Source of the DNA: Octopus sinensis
Taxonomy: Eukaryota
Assembly (NCBI RefSeq): GCF_006345805.1
Contig: NC_043010.1
Span: forward strand, 55,924,001-55,988,000
Direction: 5' to 3'
Length of the DNA: 64,000 nucleotides
The position numbers were made by a program, and so were the translations under genes. The first letter of the stretch is position 1. Each line of letters opens with the position of its first letter. Shown piece after piece: positions 48,256-61,755 of the stretch. The notes under the pieces were generated by a model. That model worked only from the letters and a program-made list of their open reading frames with translations, had not been told where the DNA came from and searched no databases.

Positions 48256-49301
48256 GGTGTACAGGTACATATGTATCATTTACGCACACCTTGATATATT
48301 TGCATATAATCATATATACATTTGTATATGTGTGTGTATATGCATACATACGCACACAAACACACGTCTTGATATAGATCTATGTATCAGCACACACACA
48401 CACATATATATATACGAGTGGTGCATGTGTATATATACATATGTGAACATGTGTATTGGTATTTTGCAGCTGTATGTGTGTGCATGCATATATATACACG
48501 CTTACGCCCCTACACATGCATAATACAGAGAAGGCCTCCTATATGAAAGGCTGACATTAACTTGAACTAACAGGTGATTATAAACTGTTCTAACGCTTCA
48601 GTACTCACACACACGCACACACACACACAGACGCACACACGCACACACACGCACACACACACACAGACGCACACACGCACACACACACGCACACACACAC
48701 ACACGCACACACCACACACGCACACACACACACACACACACACGCACGCACGCACGCTACTCACATGCAGAGAAACACAGTAAACTCACTGGCACGTACA
48801 ACATGTTAAATGCACATATACACACACACACACACCACACACACACTAGTATACTAGTATATCTAAAATGAAACAGACCATACGCACACATATCTGGTGA
48901 TAAATATACATTGAAATACATCTCAGCATCCAATTTACTGTTTGCTGTATACATTCACATCACAATACACACACATAAGCACACGTCTCATCTACATGCA
49001 CACATGCATGCGTGTGTGCATGCATGCATGCATGTATGGATGGATGTATGTATGTATGTATATATGGATGGATGTAAACCATGCTTTTATATATATGTTA
49101 TGTGTGTGAATAAATGTGTGTATACACTTATACGATACATTTGTGTGCGCGAGCGCGCGTATACACATAGATTGGGAAGGAGACAGGGAGTTGAGAAACG
49201 AGAAATAAAAAAGGGGATGATGGATTGATGTGTGTGTGTGTGTGTACGTATGACACTCATACTTCTCTATCTGTTTGGGCATATATATAGATATGCATGT
49301 A

Positions 49302-49337
<36 letters not shown>

Positions 49338-49436
49338 CGTATATACCTACGTTGTTATGCATGTGTTTACAACATACATTAAATGTGTACTAACAGGTGA
49401 TTAGTAATAGCGCTCACACACACACGCGCTCACGCC

Positions 49437-49477
<41 letters not shown>

Positions 49478-50199
49478 ACGCACACACATTATTGCCGAAG
49501 TCTCCGCTGCAAAGTCTGCATCAGTTCCACAGAAAATCGATGTAGAAGCTGTATATTAAGCTGACTCACAGAACCAATCAGTTCTCATAAAACCTTTCTC
49601 ATACGGACAAATAATAGGATTGCGAGGCGGAGAAATGGTGGGGCGGCGTGGCGTAGTGGTGGCGTGTGTGTGGTGGGGGAGTAGTGTCACAAAATGGTGT
49701 TATTCTCTGCTTTTCTCGAAATAATGATCACAACACCAGCGAATTATCGTTTGCAACATTTTGAGACATCCACAAGAAAAGACATCATGTAGAATAGTTG
49801 CTGTTTAGTTTCAGGTCAATCCTGATTCAGCATACACACCAACAAAGCATTCCATCCGTGACCATTCCGTGTTTTTCACAGAACCTAAAATTTCGTTTTG
49901 AAATATGCATTTAAAAAAAAAATTCGACGAGGCTGCTACATAATGTTTCTGCCGAGATAACATGGCTGCAAGATGGGCACCATCTTTGTCGTCTGTTAAT
50001 AAATCAAGGTTAATGAACTAACTGAGATTATTAGCAATATCTTGTAGGGGACATTTCAATGATTGATAGTGACTGAGATGATTACAAGTAGGTGACAACG
50101 AAATGATTGAATTAAGATTAAGATGACTATTCCAGATGTAAAGGCCATATTCTATTCTGTGCCTCACCTGTCACAGGTATAGAGACCCTCTAGACCTGT

Positions 50200-51150
50200 G
50201 ACAAGATGGAGAAGTGTTTGTAGCTGTAAAGCGGAAGGTTAGTCTCTATCCAATGGACAGAGACATTCACAGTTAAAATGAAACCCAGCATTTATAGCAA
50301 TCATGAAGGATCTAGTTGTGTGCTGTTTATATTTAGTTTATGTAGTGTACGAAAATATTTTTTTGATGTGTATAATGAATATGGCTGTTTGATATTGAAG
50401 TCATATTTGGCGACGTCAACGTGAAATCCACTGAAAGTCGTTTTCGAGTGTCTGTTCAAGGATTTGGAGTGTCCTGATGTGTGTTGCATTTAGATGACAC
50501 TTGGGGTAGGAACGTTAGAGATGAAGGGTGATATCTGAAGGGTGATATAAGAGTGAGCGTTGTTGGTGGTGGTAGAAAGTAAGTCGTTACTATATAGGAC
50601 GAAAATTGCAAAATGTAAAAAACGAACCTTGGATGACAGATTTGAGTGCGAGCTCATGAGCCTTGTAGTACGATTCAATAAACGAAGGATAAACTGATGC
50701 AATAGGAGTGCAACTATGCAAGATTTTCCTGTTGCACAGGGTCGAATGCTTGGCTGATGTCGAATGTAACAGGACGGTTGTCGCCTAATATCTCGAAGGC
50801 GATGGCTCTATGATGAGTGTCTTGGGACAATATACCTCATAGGGATCAGGAATTACGGAAGCCATTCTGCTGGATATTGAAGAGTTACGAACTTGGTGGA
50901 TCTTATTCATGCCACCTCTCCCCAGACATTGTTGTCTCTCTCATCCTTTCTCGGCACGCATATTCTGTTTATCTCGCCTTGTTTCACATGAATTCTTTAC
51001 TCCATGACGTAGCAACCAGCCAAAGGACTGAAAGTGATATGAGGAGAACGCGATGGGGAGTCAGTACAGAATGTGGATTTGTGGTGGCAGTAAGGCAATG
51101 GTATGATTAGCCGATAGGTGCAGCCTCGATGATAATTTGGCAGAGTTTAG
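50200..51150 (-). mobile_element. CR1/Jockey-group LINE remnant
   Basis: QQNGFR, FDISQAFDPVQQENL and FVLYSNDLLSTTTNNAHSY on the minus strand. Confidence 0.7.
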
Positions 51151-51645
51151 ATTTGGAAGAAGAAAAATTAAAGGCGTCTGGCATTTAAATACCAGTCAAT
51201 AGTGTTTGTAGGGGGTTGTTGGTGAGGGATGTAAGGGACGAATTGATGGGGAGAGGGAGGAGTGGGTTATGAGAAATCTGTCAGATCAGAGCTGCACCTT
51301 CCGGAACCCAGTACAGTAAACTACATCAAAGTGTGGTACCTGCCTATAGTTGTTATTGTCTTGGGGTCATGGACACTGTACAGTGAACTATCCTACACTG
51401 AGGTACATACGTCTAGTTAGTTGCAATGAATTGCTGATAGTGACGTTTCTTGTCCAAAGCGATCGATTGTAATTGATTGTCCATTACTGAACTCCAAACT
51501 TTAACTCAAAGTCATTTCGCATCGCACCTCTTCGAAGGGCGTCGCCTCCACATTGTTCGCCCTACTTTATACTTTCTTTCCAACAATATCAATCAGTTGC
51601 ACGCACACACACACGCACGCACACACACGCACGCACACACACACA

Positions 51646-51676
<31 letters not shown>

Positions 51677-53046
51677 CACTGAAACGTGAAAGAATAATTT
51701 CAAATTAAAAAAAAAGAAATGGGAGCATTTTTTTTTTCATTTGTTAGAATTGGTGAAGAAGCTAAATGCAGCAATAATTGATGGTAACCGAGGGTTGACT
51801 GGTGGTATAGGTTCTATTCTAGCGATTGTGATTACTAGGTTGACTGGGAATGTAGATTCTATTAATGGGAGCTCACTCTCAGCGTCTCTGTAGAAATGTA
51901 AGCATGAATGAAGACATTAGCTTCGAACCCAGCTTCCTAACTGCAGTTATTTGACATTTGAAGAAAGAAGGCGACAAGGAAATCTGTAATTTTTGTGCAA
52001 TGATGGAATTGAGTGAATGAAATTGGGAAGACTTTCAGTCTACACGATGACAGTAACGAGGGAAGATTATTGGAATGTGATGGAAAGCAGAAACATCTCG
52101 GCAGTAATTTTCAATCCAAGAGGGAATCTATCAATATGAGAGGGGTTTAAGAAATTCTTTCGACATGTTACAGCAGCAAAGAATTTGACTGAAATTGACC
52201 AGAAAATATCCATTATTGTGGCCAAACTTGTTAAAAGATCGCCATCTTACTCATTAGTCATTACTCATTAGTCAAGTAAAAAGTCAAAGAAAAATTATGA
52301 GGAAAGAAAAAACTAAATTTTTCTGGTTTTTAGAACATTTTCCCTGATCTTGGTCTTTTAGGTAATTAAAGGAAAACAGAAAACGGGAGTATTCCATGAA
52401 GATCTCTAAAAATAGTAAAGCTATTTTACATCTAAATATACCATTTAGATGGTACTTTAGTCAGGTTTTTATTCTCGAATATTTTATATGCGTAAACCTT
52501 CGTTAGTTTCGTCTAAACAAACTCTGAACAACAGAAAATCTGGTGGTTTCCGTTTGAAGGCACTTTTTTAACTTCATCTTTTTTTGTTTTTCAATTGTTT
52601 AATGTATGTCACCATATTTTGTGAACATTAACATCGCTGATGACACGTTTGTAACAAACCGATCGCTATACACGACACCAAAACTTGTACGCAGACACAC
52701 ATCGATATTATCATGAACACAAAGTACTCAATATATAATGCAAGATGCGATATTTAGTGATAAACAGCAGATTATGTGATTATGAATTATGAGTTGATGT
52801 GTCATCTCCGGAAAAATCCCTAAAAATAATCTTTCTGTGAGAGGCGATATAAATATGCAGTGACTTATGTCGCTTTAATCCTTCTCAGCCTGACCGGAAG
52901 CGCTGACCATGGTTTTGTTTTAAAAAGTAATTCATTAGAAATCTTTGCAGATATTCGTATTGTGTGGTTATTCATCGTCTGATCCTTACCTAGGGACAAT
53001 GATTGCGTCGCGACTACAACTGAACATTTATATATATATTATATAT

Positions 53047-53078
<32 letters not shown>

Positions 53079-54271
53079 CATGTAAACATTTGGATTTCTT
53101 GAACAAGACCCTAAACTTGCGCCTGGTGACATGGCTTCAGTTCGGAAGTTCAGGAGTTTTGAGGAGTGTGGAGTTACCTTTTTGTCACTTCTACTCCCAG
53201 CTCCATTCTGGCCCTGGATGGTGGTACCAATCAAACATCTCAGTTAAAAGTCACAGAGCAGAATATGGTCATGCGACTAAGGCAAACTAAGACTTATAGG
53301 CGAGCCCCTAGACATGGGTTACACAGATTCATCGATTCTATTGCTGTTTCATGAACCATACCCCCTGCCTAAAAGATAAATGTTTCTCCTCAAGGCCCGG
53401 CAAAATAGGAGACAAACTGTAAATAAATTAAGAGAAGGCAACCAAGAACCGTTTCTAAGTCCACCAGTTATTGAAAAAAACAAAAAACAAAAAGAAACAG
53501 CAGCATCTCGAACATGTATGATAAAGCAATGTATGTTAGAGAGGGTAGTATCATCCTCTCATGATGTGGAGAGATGCTGTGCCTTGAAGAATCAAGCTAC
53601 AAATCGCTCTGAGTCATTCCTCTGATTTTCCTCATCGTCATAAGACTTTCATCAGGGGTGATCTGCGTCTCAACAATAACAACAACAGCAACAACTCTCG
53701 GTATTATCTCCTTGTTCCATAAGAAGCAATAACATTTCTAGAATTATTTCATGTATCATCAACATTGTCTTCATATTTTATTGCACCAGTAAACTTTCTG
53801 GGTGGTGGCGAGTTTCTTTTTAAATGGCTGCAAATTGACGGGATGAGTATGGTGGGTGTTTCAGATGGGTTACAATATGGAAGAGACAGGGGAGTCAACA
53901 AATGTAAGTAGAGAGGACACGAAACCAGCCAAGACCAAGAAACAAGGGGCATCTTTGTAGCAGTAGAAAAAGTTGAGTTAGGGGACGGCACATTTGTAAG
54001 TCAGAGACTGGAGTTCAAACTACGGGAAGTCAAATGTAGTGAGATTAATTCAAGAGTTGATGGTTGGTACCTTGCATTGTAAACAGTCGGCAATGCATTC
54101 GCTCGCGCCACTTTCTCCGTCAGGTGAGATCTTTAAGGTCTGATATAATTTTTTATGTATCAAATGGTTAGCTTAGGTAAATGTCAGGGAAAGAACAGTC
54201 GATTCAGTCAATGCGGTACCACTATAAAACAATAATAAAGTCCGTTCAATACACACACACACCCTTCCAAT

Positions 54272-54550
54272 TGGCAGAGTTGTTAGTACATTAAGATAGA
54301 TTGTTTTTCGATAATCGTTTCGGCTCTCTCCATTCTGAGTTCAAATACCTATTTCTTTATTACCCACAAGGAGCTAAACACAAAGGGGACAAACAAGGAC
54401 AGACATAGGTATTAAGTCGATTACATCGACCCCAGTGCGTAACTGGTACTTAATTTATCGACCCCGAAAGGATGAAAGGCAAAGTCGACCTCGGACCGCC
54501 GAGATCAACTTTGCCTTTTATCTTTTCGGGGACGATAAAATACCAATCCT
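54272..54550. mobile_element. Family-A SINE interrupted by an antisense family-A body/tail segment
   Basis: + strand head to gttcaaat (54346), inverted insert 54347-54494, + strand body resumes at ccgccgag (54496). Confidence 0.75.
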
Positions 54551-55676
54551 ATACTGAGATCGATTCTTTTCAAACTCTGACTCACTCACTCTCTGTCTCT
54601 GTCTGTCTCTCTCTCTCTATATCCCTCTCCCCCTTTCTAGAGGAAATCTGTTGTGGAGAAGTATGACCTTCCCCAGGTCTAAAAATGCCCAAAGCATTTT
54701 TGCTAACAAAAGGGTATGACATGATCGCACCCCTACAACCCCATGGAGTTGTGGGCCCGGGCATGCATATACCCATATACGTATCACTACAGCAACACGA
54801 CCAATTCAAACAATTCTACGATCATTACACAACAGTAATAAGATCCTCTTTAGTATTACACTTCGAACACTCACAGGCACCGCCATCGCTACCACCGCCA
54901 CCACCACCATTATCATCACTATAATATACCAATACTGCTGTTATCAACACTACAACTAGCGCCACCATCACAGCCACCTGAGACACCACTATTTAAACAC
55001 CGTCATACACTACTACCCGCCATTATCACTAACACCACCACCACCCCCTCACACCACCACCACCACCACCACCACTCACCATCACCACCTCACATCCCCA
55101 TCACTCACCATCACCACCTCACACCCCCATCACTCACCACTACTTCTACCAGCCGCATCCACTACCGCCATCTATACGTTCCCTCCTCCCCACTAAGAGT
55201 CAATCACTCACCAAAGTGACAGTTTCGATTCGATCCTGTTTTATCAGGCGAGAAGTTCTCTCTTTTTACAAAACACAATTGTCTCTGGCCTTTTCCCCCA
55301 TTCTCTACGACCAGCCAAGATAAATTTCTGGTTCCAAACTGAGATCGTTCCAGATTATTCTTCAGGACAAAAGATAGGCTGGGTCAAATGGGGTTCGCTG
55401 ATTGCCACCGTCCTAAATGTTTGCCGCCCGCTGTCAGACAGGCGTCGAATATAGTGTTTGCCCTCGCCACTGACCAGTATCATCACCACCACCACCGCCG
55501 CCGACAGCTGAACAAGGAGACCCAAAACAAGAAAACAATCTTATCTCATTTTAACAACTGACTATCACAAATAGAAAATAATTGTTTACAAAAATTGGCT
55601 GCCATTTTATGGTGGCTGATAAAAGCGAAAATTGGGGGAAGGATGGTGTGCGCGCGTACGTGCGTGTACGCGTGTA

Positions 55677-55707
<31 letters not shown>

Positions 55708-55861
55708 ATGCGTCAAATGCGTAAATATACTTGTGTATATCCTAAATTATTGGGGAATTATGAAATGTATGTGTGATTGTGCCTGTCTCTTATTCTGTGA
55801 GTGTGTATATATGTATGTATATAAATGTTGGTGCACATGTGTATGTATAAGTGTATATATA

Positions 55862-55987
55862 TAAAAAGAAGGAAAGAAGGAGGGTTTAACGTTTCGGGCG
55901 GAGCTCTTCGTTGGAAACATAGGAGAAGGAAAGATCCAGAGAAGGGAAGACAGAGGAAATAAAATCGCCAACGGTACACACGCGGTC
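55862..55987 (-). mobile_element. Penelope-type terminal repeat fragment with degenerate hammerhead-like motif (55884-55918)
   Basis: Minus strand tttccaacgaAGAGCtccGCCCGAAACGTTaaaccc; palindromic AACGTT stem III, CUGANGA box mutated. Confidence 0.45.
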
Positions 55988-56001
55988 ATATATATATATA
56001 T

Positions 56002-56608
56002 AATGATAAATATCAAAGTGAGTTATATACAGTAACGGTAACACATCGTGACGTATATTTGCCATTTCAATATGGCTACCCCTAAGGGTGGATGCTACTG
56101 TAGTTTTTAGCCCCAGGAGGACACACTCCTCCAGCTGGCCATAGACACACTTTCTGTGTCCTGTCAGTATTTGCAAAGGGAAGTCATCCTTCCCGTCTTC
56201 AACTTATGATACACACGGACTCCAGTTTCGAGGTATTGACCTCTCGTCAGCGTGTGACAATCATAGTTGTCGCCGAGAATTAGATTTCCTTCACAAATAC
56301 TTATACTTTTTCCAGCGTCCACTGTCGCTGATATTGAAAAAGGGAAATCAAACAATGATAAATATCAAAGTGAGTTATATACAGTAACGGTAACACATCG
56401 TGACGTATATTTGCCATTTCAATATGGCTACCCCTCGAGTCCGTGTGTATCATAAGTTGAAGACGGGAAGGATGACTTCCCTTTGCAAATACTGACAGGA
56501 CACAGAAAGTGTGTCTATGGCCAGCTGGAGGAGTGTGTCCTCCTGGGGCTAAAAACTACAGTAGCATCCACCCTTAGGGGTAGCCATATTGAAATGGCAG
56601 ATATACGT
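56002..56608 (-). mobile_element. ORF-less hammerhead-containing element (retrozyme-like): 352-nt partial tandem unit plus inverted copy
   Basis: 82-bp direct repeat 56002-56083 = 56354-56435; inverted repeat 56051-56222 vs 56437-56608 (one mismatch seen); (TA)n on both sides. Confidence 0.85.
56206..56264 (-). ncRNA. Intact canonical type I hammerhead ribozyme
   Basis: Minus strand cacacg-CTGACGA-GAGG-tcaata-CCTC-GAAAC-tgga-GTC^-cgtgtg; all core nucleotides canonical; stem I extends (atgat/atcat) past an internal loop; predicted cut between 56218 and 56217. Confidence 0.92.
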
Positions 56609-56892
56609 TATATATATATATACATATGTGCATATTTATGTATTATGCGCGAATGTGAATGTAAATATATATAATATGCAAATATAAACGTGTGTGCCTA
56701 TGTATGTATGTATGTATGTATGTATGTATGTATGTATCCGAGTTTCGGATGCCGAGGTGGAAATCCACACCGCCATTTCTTCAGTTATCCGGCCATCGGA
56801 AAAAAGCTATGAAAAAAATAACGCCATGAAAAAAACTATGAAACTCGGAGTTTTGTCATGGCTACCGAATAATTGTCACTTATTACATTTAC

Positions 56893-56967
<75 letters not shown>

Positions 56968-57004
56968 CACCAGATTATCAGCGATATATACATATATATA
57001 TATA

Positions 57005-57390
57005 TCCTTTTATTCTTTTACCTGTTTCAGTCATATGACTGCAGCCATACTGGAGCAACGCCCTTTAGTCGAACAAATAGACCTCAAGACTTATCATTTC
57101 GGTTCATGTCTGCCGAACCGCTAAGTTACGGTGACGTAAACACACCAACATCGGTTGTCAATCAATGGTGGGAGGATAAACGCAGATACACAAATATACA
57201 CACACAAACATACACGCACATACATTTACGACGAGCTTCTTTCAGTTTCCGTTTAACAAATCCACTCGCAAGGCTTTGGTCGGCCCGAGGCTGTAGTAGA
57301 AGACACTTGTCCAAGGCGTCACGCTGTGGGATTGAACCCGGAACCATGTCGTTGGGAGGCAAGGTTCTTACCACACAGCTACTCCTGCGC
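57005..57390 (-). mobile_element. tRNA-derived SINE (family B)
   Basis: Same family as 43441-43795. Confidence 0.85.
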
Positions 57391-57497
<107 letters not shown>

Positions 57498-58149
57498 AAG
57501 GTAAAAACCACACCAAACGGATATCGTCAAAACATAAGGAACAGACAAAGAACGATAACACAACAACGGTAAACAGGAGAAAACATGATACACGGCTCAT
57601 TGGCAGCCAATTGCTTCTTCAGTCGGAGTCTGGAATGTCTACGTAGTTTTGCCCAATATATATATAACATTTTCAGGATCGATAGAACCAGGTATTTAAA
57701 CTGTAAAACCACCAAGGTAGAGTGCACCAGTGCACCAACAATGTGCACTGACATATTCCTACTTATGCACACATTACTGACAGAATACACAACGCGTCTT
57801 CAAAGTCACACATGGCTGCACTCACTGTACGTGTTCCACAGTTGACTAAATGCTCCAGATCCATACGTATAGAAGGTTCTTAGCTGGGGGGGGGGAGAAT
57901 AAAAAAATAACACAGATGGTTTGAGTTTCTCTACAGTTGTTTCAAGCATGTTCTTTATAGTTGAACGAAAGTGTTGCATGTAACAAACCGTTTCCTTCTG
58001 CCGCAACCCGGTTGGTAGAGTCGTCTTTCTCATTGTTGTATTTTGTGAGAAATTCTAAGTGTTAAATTTCCTCTTTATTCACCTGAAGAAAACGGTTTTT
58101 TGCACGATATAACTCTCCTGTTCATCAATAAAGGATACATCTAAGACGA

Positions 58150-58330
58150 CGAGGTGGCAGAAACGTATTTCGTGTGTCTTTACGTTCTGAGTTCAAATTC
58201 CGCCGAGGTCGACTTTACCTTTCATCCTTTCGGGGTCGATAAATTGAGTACCAGTTGTGTACTGAGGTCGATCTAATCGACTGGTTCCCTCCCCCCAAAT
58301 TTCGGGCCTTGTGCCTAGAGTAGAAAAGAA
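58150..58330 (+). mobile_element. Family-A SINE
   Basis: gaggtggcagaaacg...gttcaaattccgccgaggtcgac...ccttgtgcctagagtagaaaag. Confidence 0.85.
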
Positions 58331-58511
58331 CAAAAGACACACCTGAAACAGCTGTAATGGACTTCATCCCGCTTAATCTGGTACTCGACTGAGGAAAGAA
58401 AACTTCGAATGACCCGTCCTTGGTTTCTTTTTATCGTCTCTCTGGATGTTTTGTTGTCTCATTTTTGTATCACCTAACTGACTGGATGTTTTGCATTCTT
58501 GTCCCATTTTG

Positions 58512-58549
<38 letters not shown>

Positions 58550-60387
58550 CAGTAACAAACTATGATCCTTTCGTATTCAGATTTTGCTTCATTTACATAA
58601 TTATTTTTTTGTTTTGTATGCCGTCTGTATCCAGTGTATGCCCGTAGTGTTTTGTACGGTGTCAGTATACAGTGTATACTCGCAGTGATGTGCAGTGCGC
58701 CATTTTGTGCCATTATGTGACTTTGGTTGTACTGGATGTCTGGTGGTAAGGAAGGAGACAATAGATTTGATTGGTGTTAAGTCTTTTGTGAAGTTAGCTT
58801 CCCAGATGACTGGATGATTGCCATAGAGGATGGGTGGGAGTGTAAGTGATATATTGTCCGTATGATTTGCAGAGATATGGGAACTTGGTGTAGGTAGAAG
58901 TTAGAAGAAAAAGTGTGAGGGAACGGATCCTTGTGGCAATTATTGCAGATTGTTGTAGTTATCCATAAACAAGCTTACCTATATTATAGTTTAGCAAATA
59001 TAGCACACCCATGGCTTCGTCTTTCCGCTTTTAAAATGTTAGTATGTAATTTGAGGGAGATTCGGCTGTTATTTCTGGTAGTTTGAATGAGTGCGGGTTA
59101 TTGTTTAATTGCAGCTTAGCTCCGATCGAGCAGACCTGTTACCTAAAGTATTCCAGTCGTGGTCATCCCGCCTAGTTTTCTGATGTAAGGCTACATACGG
59201 TATGCAGATATGTCATTCCATTGGAGACGGGTGGGGAGCGGTTTTGAGGGAGATTTGGCTAGTGTTTCTCGGAGATCGAGCGACTGCATAGAGGTGATTT
59301 TTTAGAGAGGAAAGTTCCATTGATGTAAGCAATTTTGTATTAGAAGGATCTATGTAGGTGTTGGTGGCGGTGGTTGGGTGAAATCATCTATGTGTTGTAA
59401 TTTGGAGAATAAGAGAAGGGGATATGGCTGTTGTTTCTTGTAATTGGATGGCGTGCGGCCAGCCTAAAGCCTTGAGCTGCTTCTGTTTAGATGACCCCGC
59501 CTCCACCTTTCAGATAAGTAGACAATAGTATGGATAACCTTATTTCAACAGGGGTCACTCGAATAGATGTGTCGGGTGGGGGGGAAGCTAGATCAGATTA
59601 CAGCAGAATTTCTAATTAAACGGGAGACAAACACTACCTGCACCATCTCCATTCTACCCCCACTGACAAAATTGTTGACAACATCAATATCTCATTAAGT
59701 CTCTTCTCGTTTAAAACAATAAAAACCCGGCTGACAGCTCCGGCTATCCGACTCCAAGCTATAGAGATGCTGCCTCTACCACTGGTCTGCTAGAAAAACC
59801 AGCCGTATCTCCCTCATATCAAATATCCAGCTGGTGGCGTTAACTACCCATTACATCCCTAAACCATAGACTTGATGGCCTTCCCAATTCGGTATTGCTC
59901 CTCCTCAGACACTATCGTCAGCAGAGAAACTGCAGAAGTTGATGTTTAACCCCAGGTCAGCCTTGATGACTTGCGGTTGAGAGTCGTATGAGCAAAGGTA
60001 TTTCAATTATGATCATACGATGTTTTTAGGCTATTTAATATGAGTACAAATAGTACCTACCTATCTTTTGTATCCAGCTCCAAACAATACGACGAAAATT
60101 TACGTTATTCTTCTTCCTAAGACAATCAACCATAGAACAAAAAATGAAGGCAAATTCTATTAAAGATACAATATTTATATTATTCATAAAACTAACCAAA
60201 AGATATTTTAAATGAAGTCTTTTATTGTTTTAGGCATTTATTTTACCGGTTATCCAATAACATCATTTTTCAGTTTATTCGATGCAATGACTTATATATA
60301 TATATATACACTCGCCAATCTCTATGTACAATACATGTGTGTAGCAATTTACACGTTACAATTATCTCATCGACAAATGACAGACTA

Positions 60388-60419
<32 letters not shown>

Positions 60420-61639
60420 TAGTGATATTTAACATAAAGAAATAGAATCTAATTCAATCAGTCTTTTTGAGATGAAAATAAAACTTCATAAATCAATAAC
60501 TAATATTATTTTAATCTGAATTTGGTAAATAAGGGAGACAACTTTGTTTTAGTTTCATTCAACCTCCTCGGGTCTGAAAGCATTACCCTGGCCACAGAGA
60601 AATTTCTCAGAGACGCCATGCACGTGAAACAACAGCCAAGTTGAAACCAATCTACTTAAATGTCGGCTACGTTTTGCCGTGTGTCCGATAATTTATTTGG
60701 CTTCTTCTTGACCGCTTCTTCCCCTCTGTCCGTGTTTATGCTGACTTAAATGTAGTGAGGTGGGAATGGAATCTATTTCACATGACGAGGACATTGGCTG
60801 AGGGATCAAACATTATTTGAATCTGATCTAAAGTGACCGATAATGAGGAAGGTGTAAGACGAAATGTAACCGGAGTTCTTAGATTTTCTGACACCCCTAT
60901 CTCTTATGCAAAATAAAATAAATAAATAAATTCACCCGTAAATAACTACCCGAATTCAACCGAAGAGGGATTTTTGTGTGTTTGTGTGTCTCCGGCACAA
61001 AGACATGGTCAAAGAGGCCAAACGGGATCAAATACACAATTAAAGGAGCTGACTGTTCATTCCTTTCCTTGTCTGTCTTTCCCCATTAATGTCTTTCTTC
61101 TTTTCTTTCCTATTTTCTTTCTTTTTCACTTGTTCCGCCCATCCTTCTTTTTCTTTGACCTCTCATTCAGCTGGCCCCTTCAGGGTTTTCGCTACACCAA
61201 CAGACTCCCTTCAAACTTGCTCTTTCACTTCAGCTTCCAAATGCACCTCTCTCCTGAGGTTTTTCACTTCAATTTGAAATCTGTTTACTAATCATTGACC
61301 AACTTGCTTACTAACCCCCCCACCGACCCCACTACCACCACTACTCCTCCCTCTCACCTGCTCCCTTCACTGGCGGACCCAGACAAAATGGACTTTGACA
61401 TACGTTGTTTGCTTTGCAAAATATTTCAACATTCGTACTAAGTACTCGCCTGGGGCCTCGCTTCTTAAGAACACATATAGCACGCGCGCGCGCACACACA
61501 CACACATACACACACACACACACACACACATATATCCTCACATATACGTTCCTCTAAGCAAACAGCCACACACACACAGTCAGCTGCACACAATAACATA
61601 TACGCACACATACTAACACTCACTCATTCACTTCTATTT

Positions 61640-61755
61640 CGTCTTCTCTTTCTTCTTCTTCTTCTTTTCCTTCTTCTTCTTTCTTTCTTCTTCTTCTTTT
61701 CCTTCTTCTTTTCCGTCTTCTTCTTCTTCGTTTTCTTTCTTTCTTCTTCTTCCGT
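61640..61755. repeat. (CTT)n-rich polypyrimidine tract
   Basis: Direct reading. Confidence 0.9.

Noticed and set aside
53620-53665. Minus-strand CTGATGA-aagtc/gac...GAAA
   Set aside because: Six extra nt before GAAA, no stem III and no stem I pairing.
55886-56674. Duplicated ORF MQILTGHRKCVYGQLEECVLLGLKTTVASTLRGSHIEMA on both strands
   Set aside because: A by-product of the inverted repeat; it relies on a non-ATG start, has no domain similarity and runs into microsatellite.
61060-61260. Long pyrimidine tract plus cag as a candidate exon at 61168-61259
   Set aside because: Weak donor (gttttt), no recognisable protein and no partner exons.
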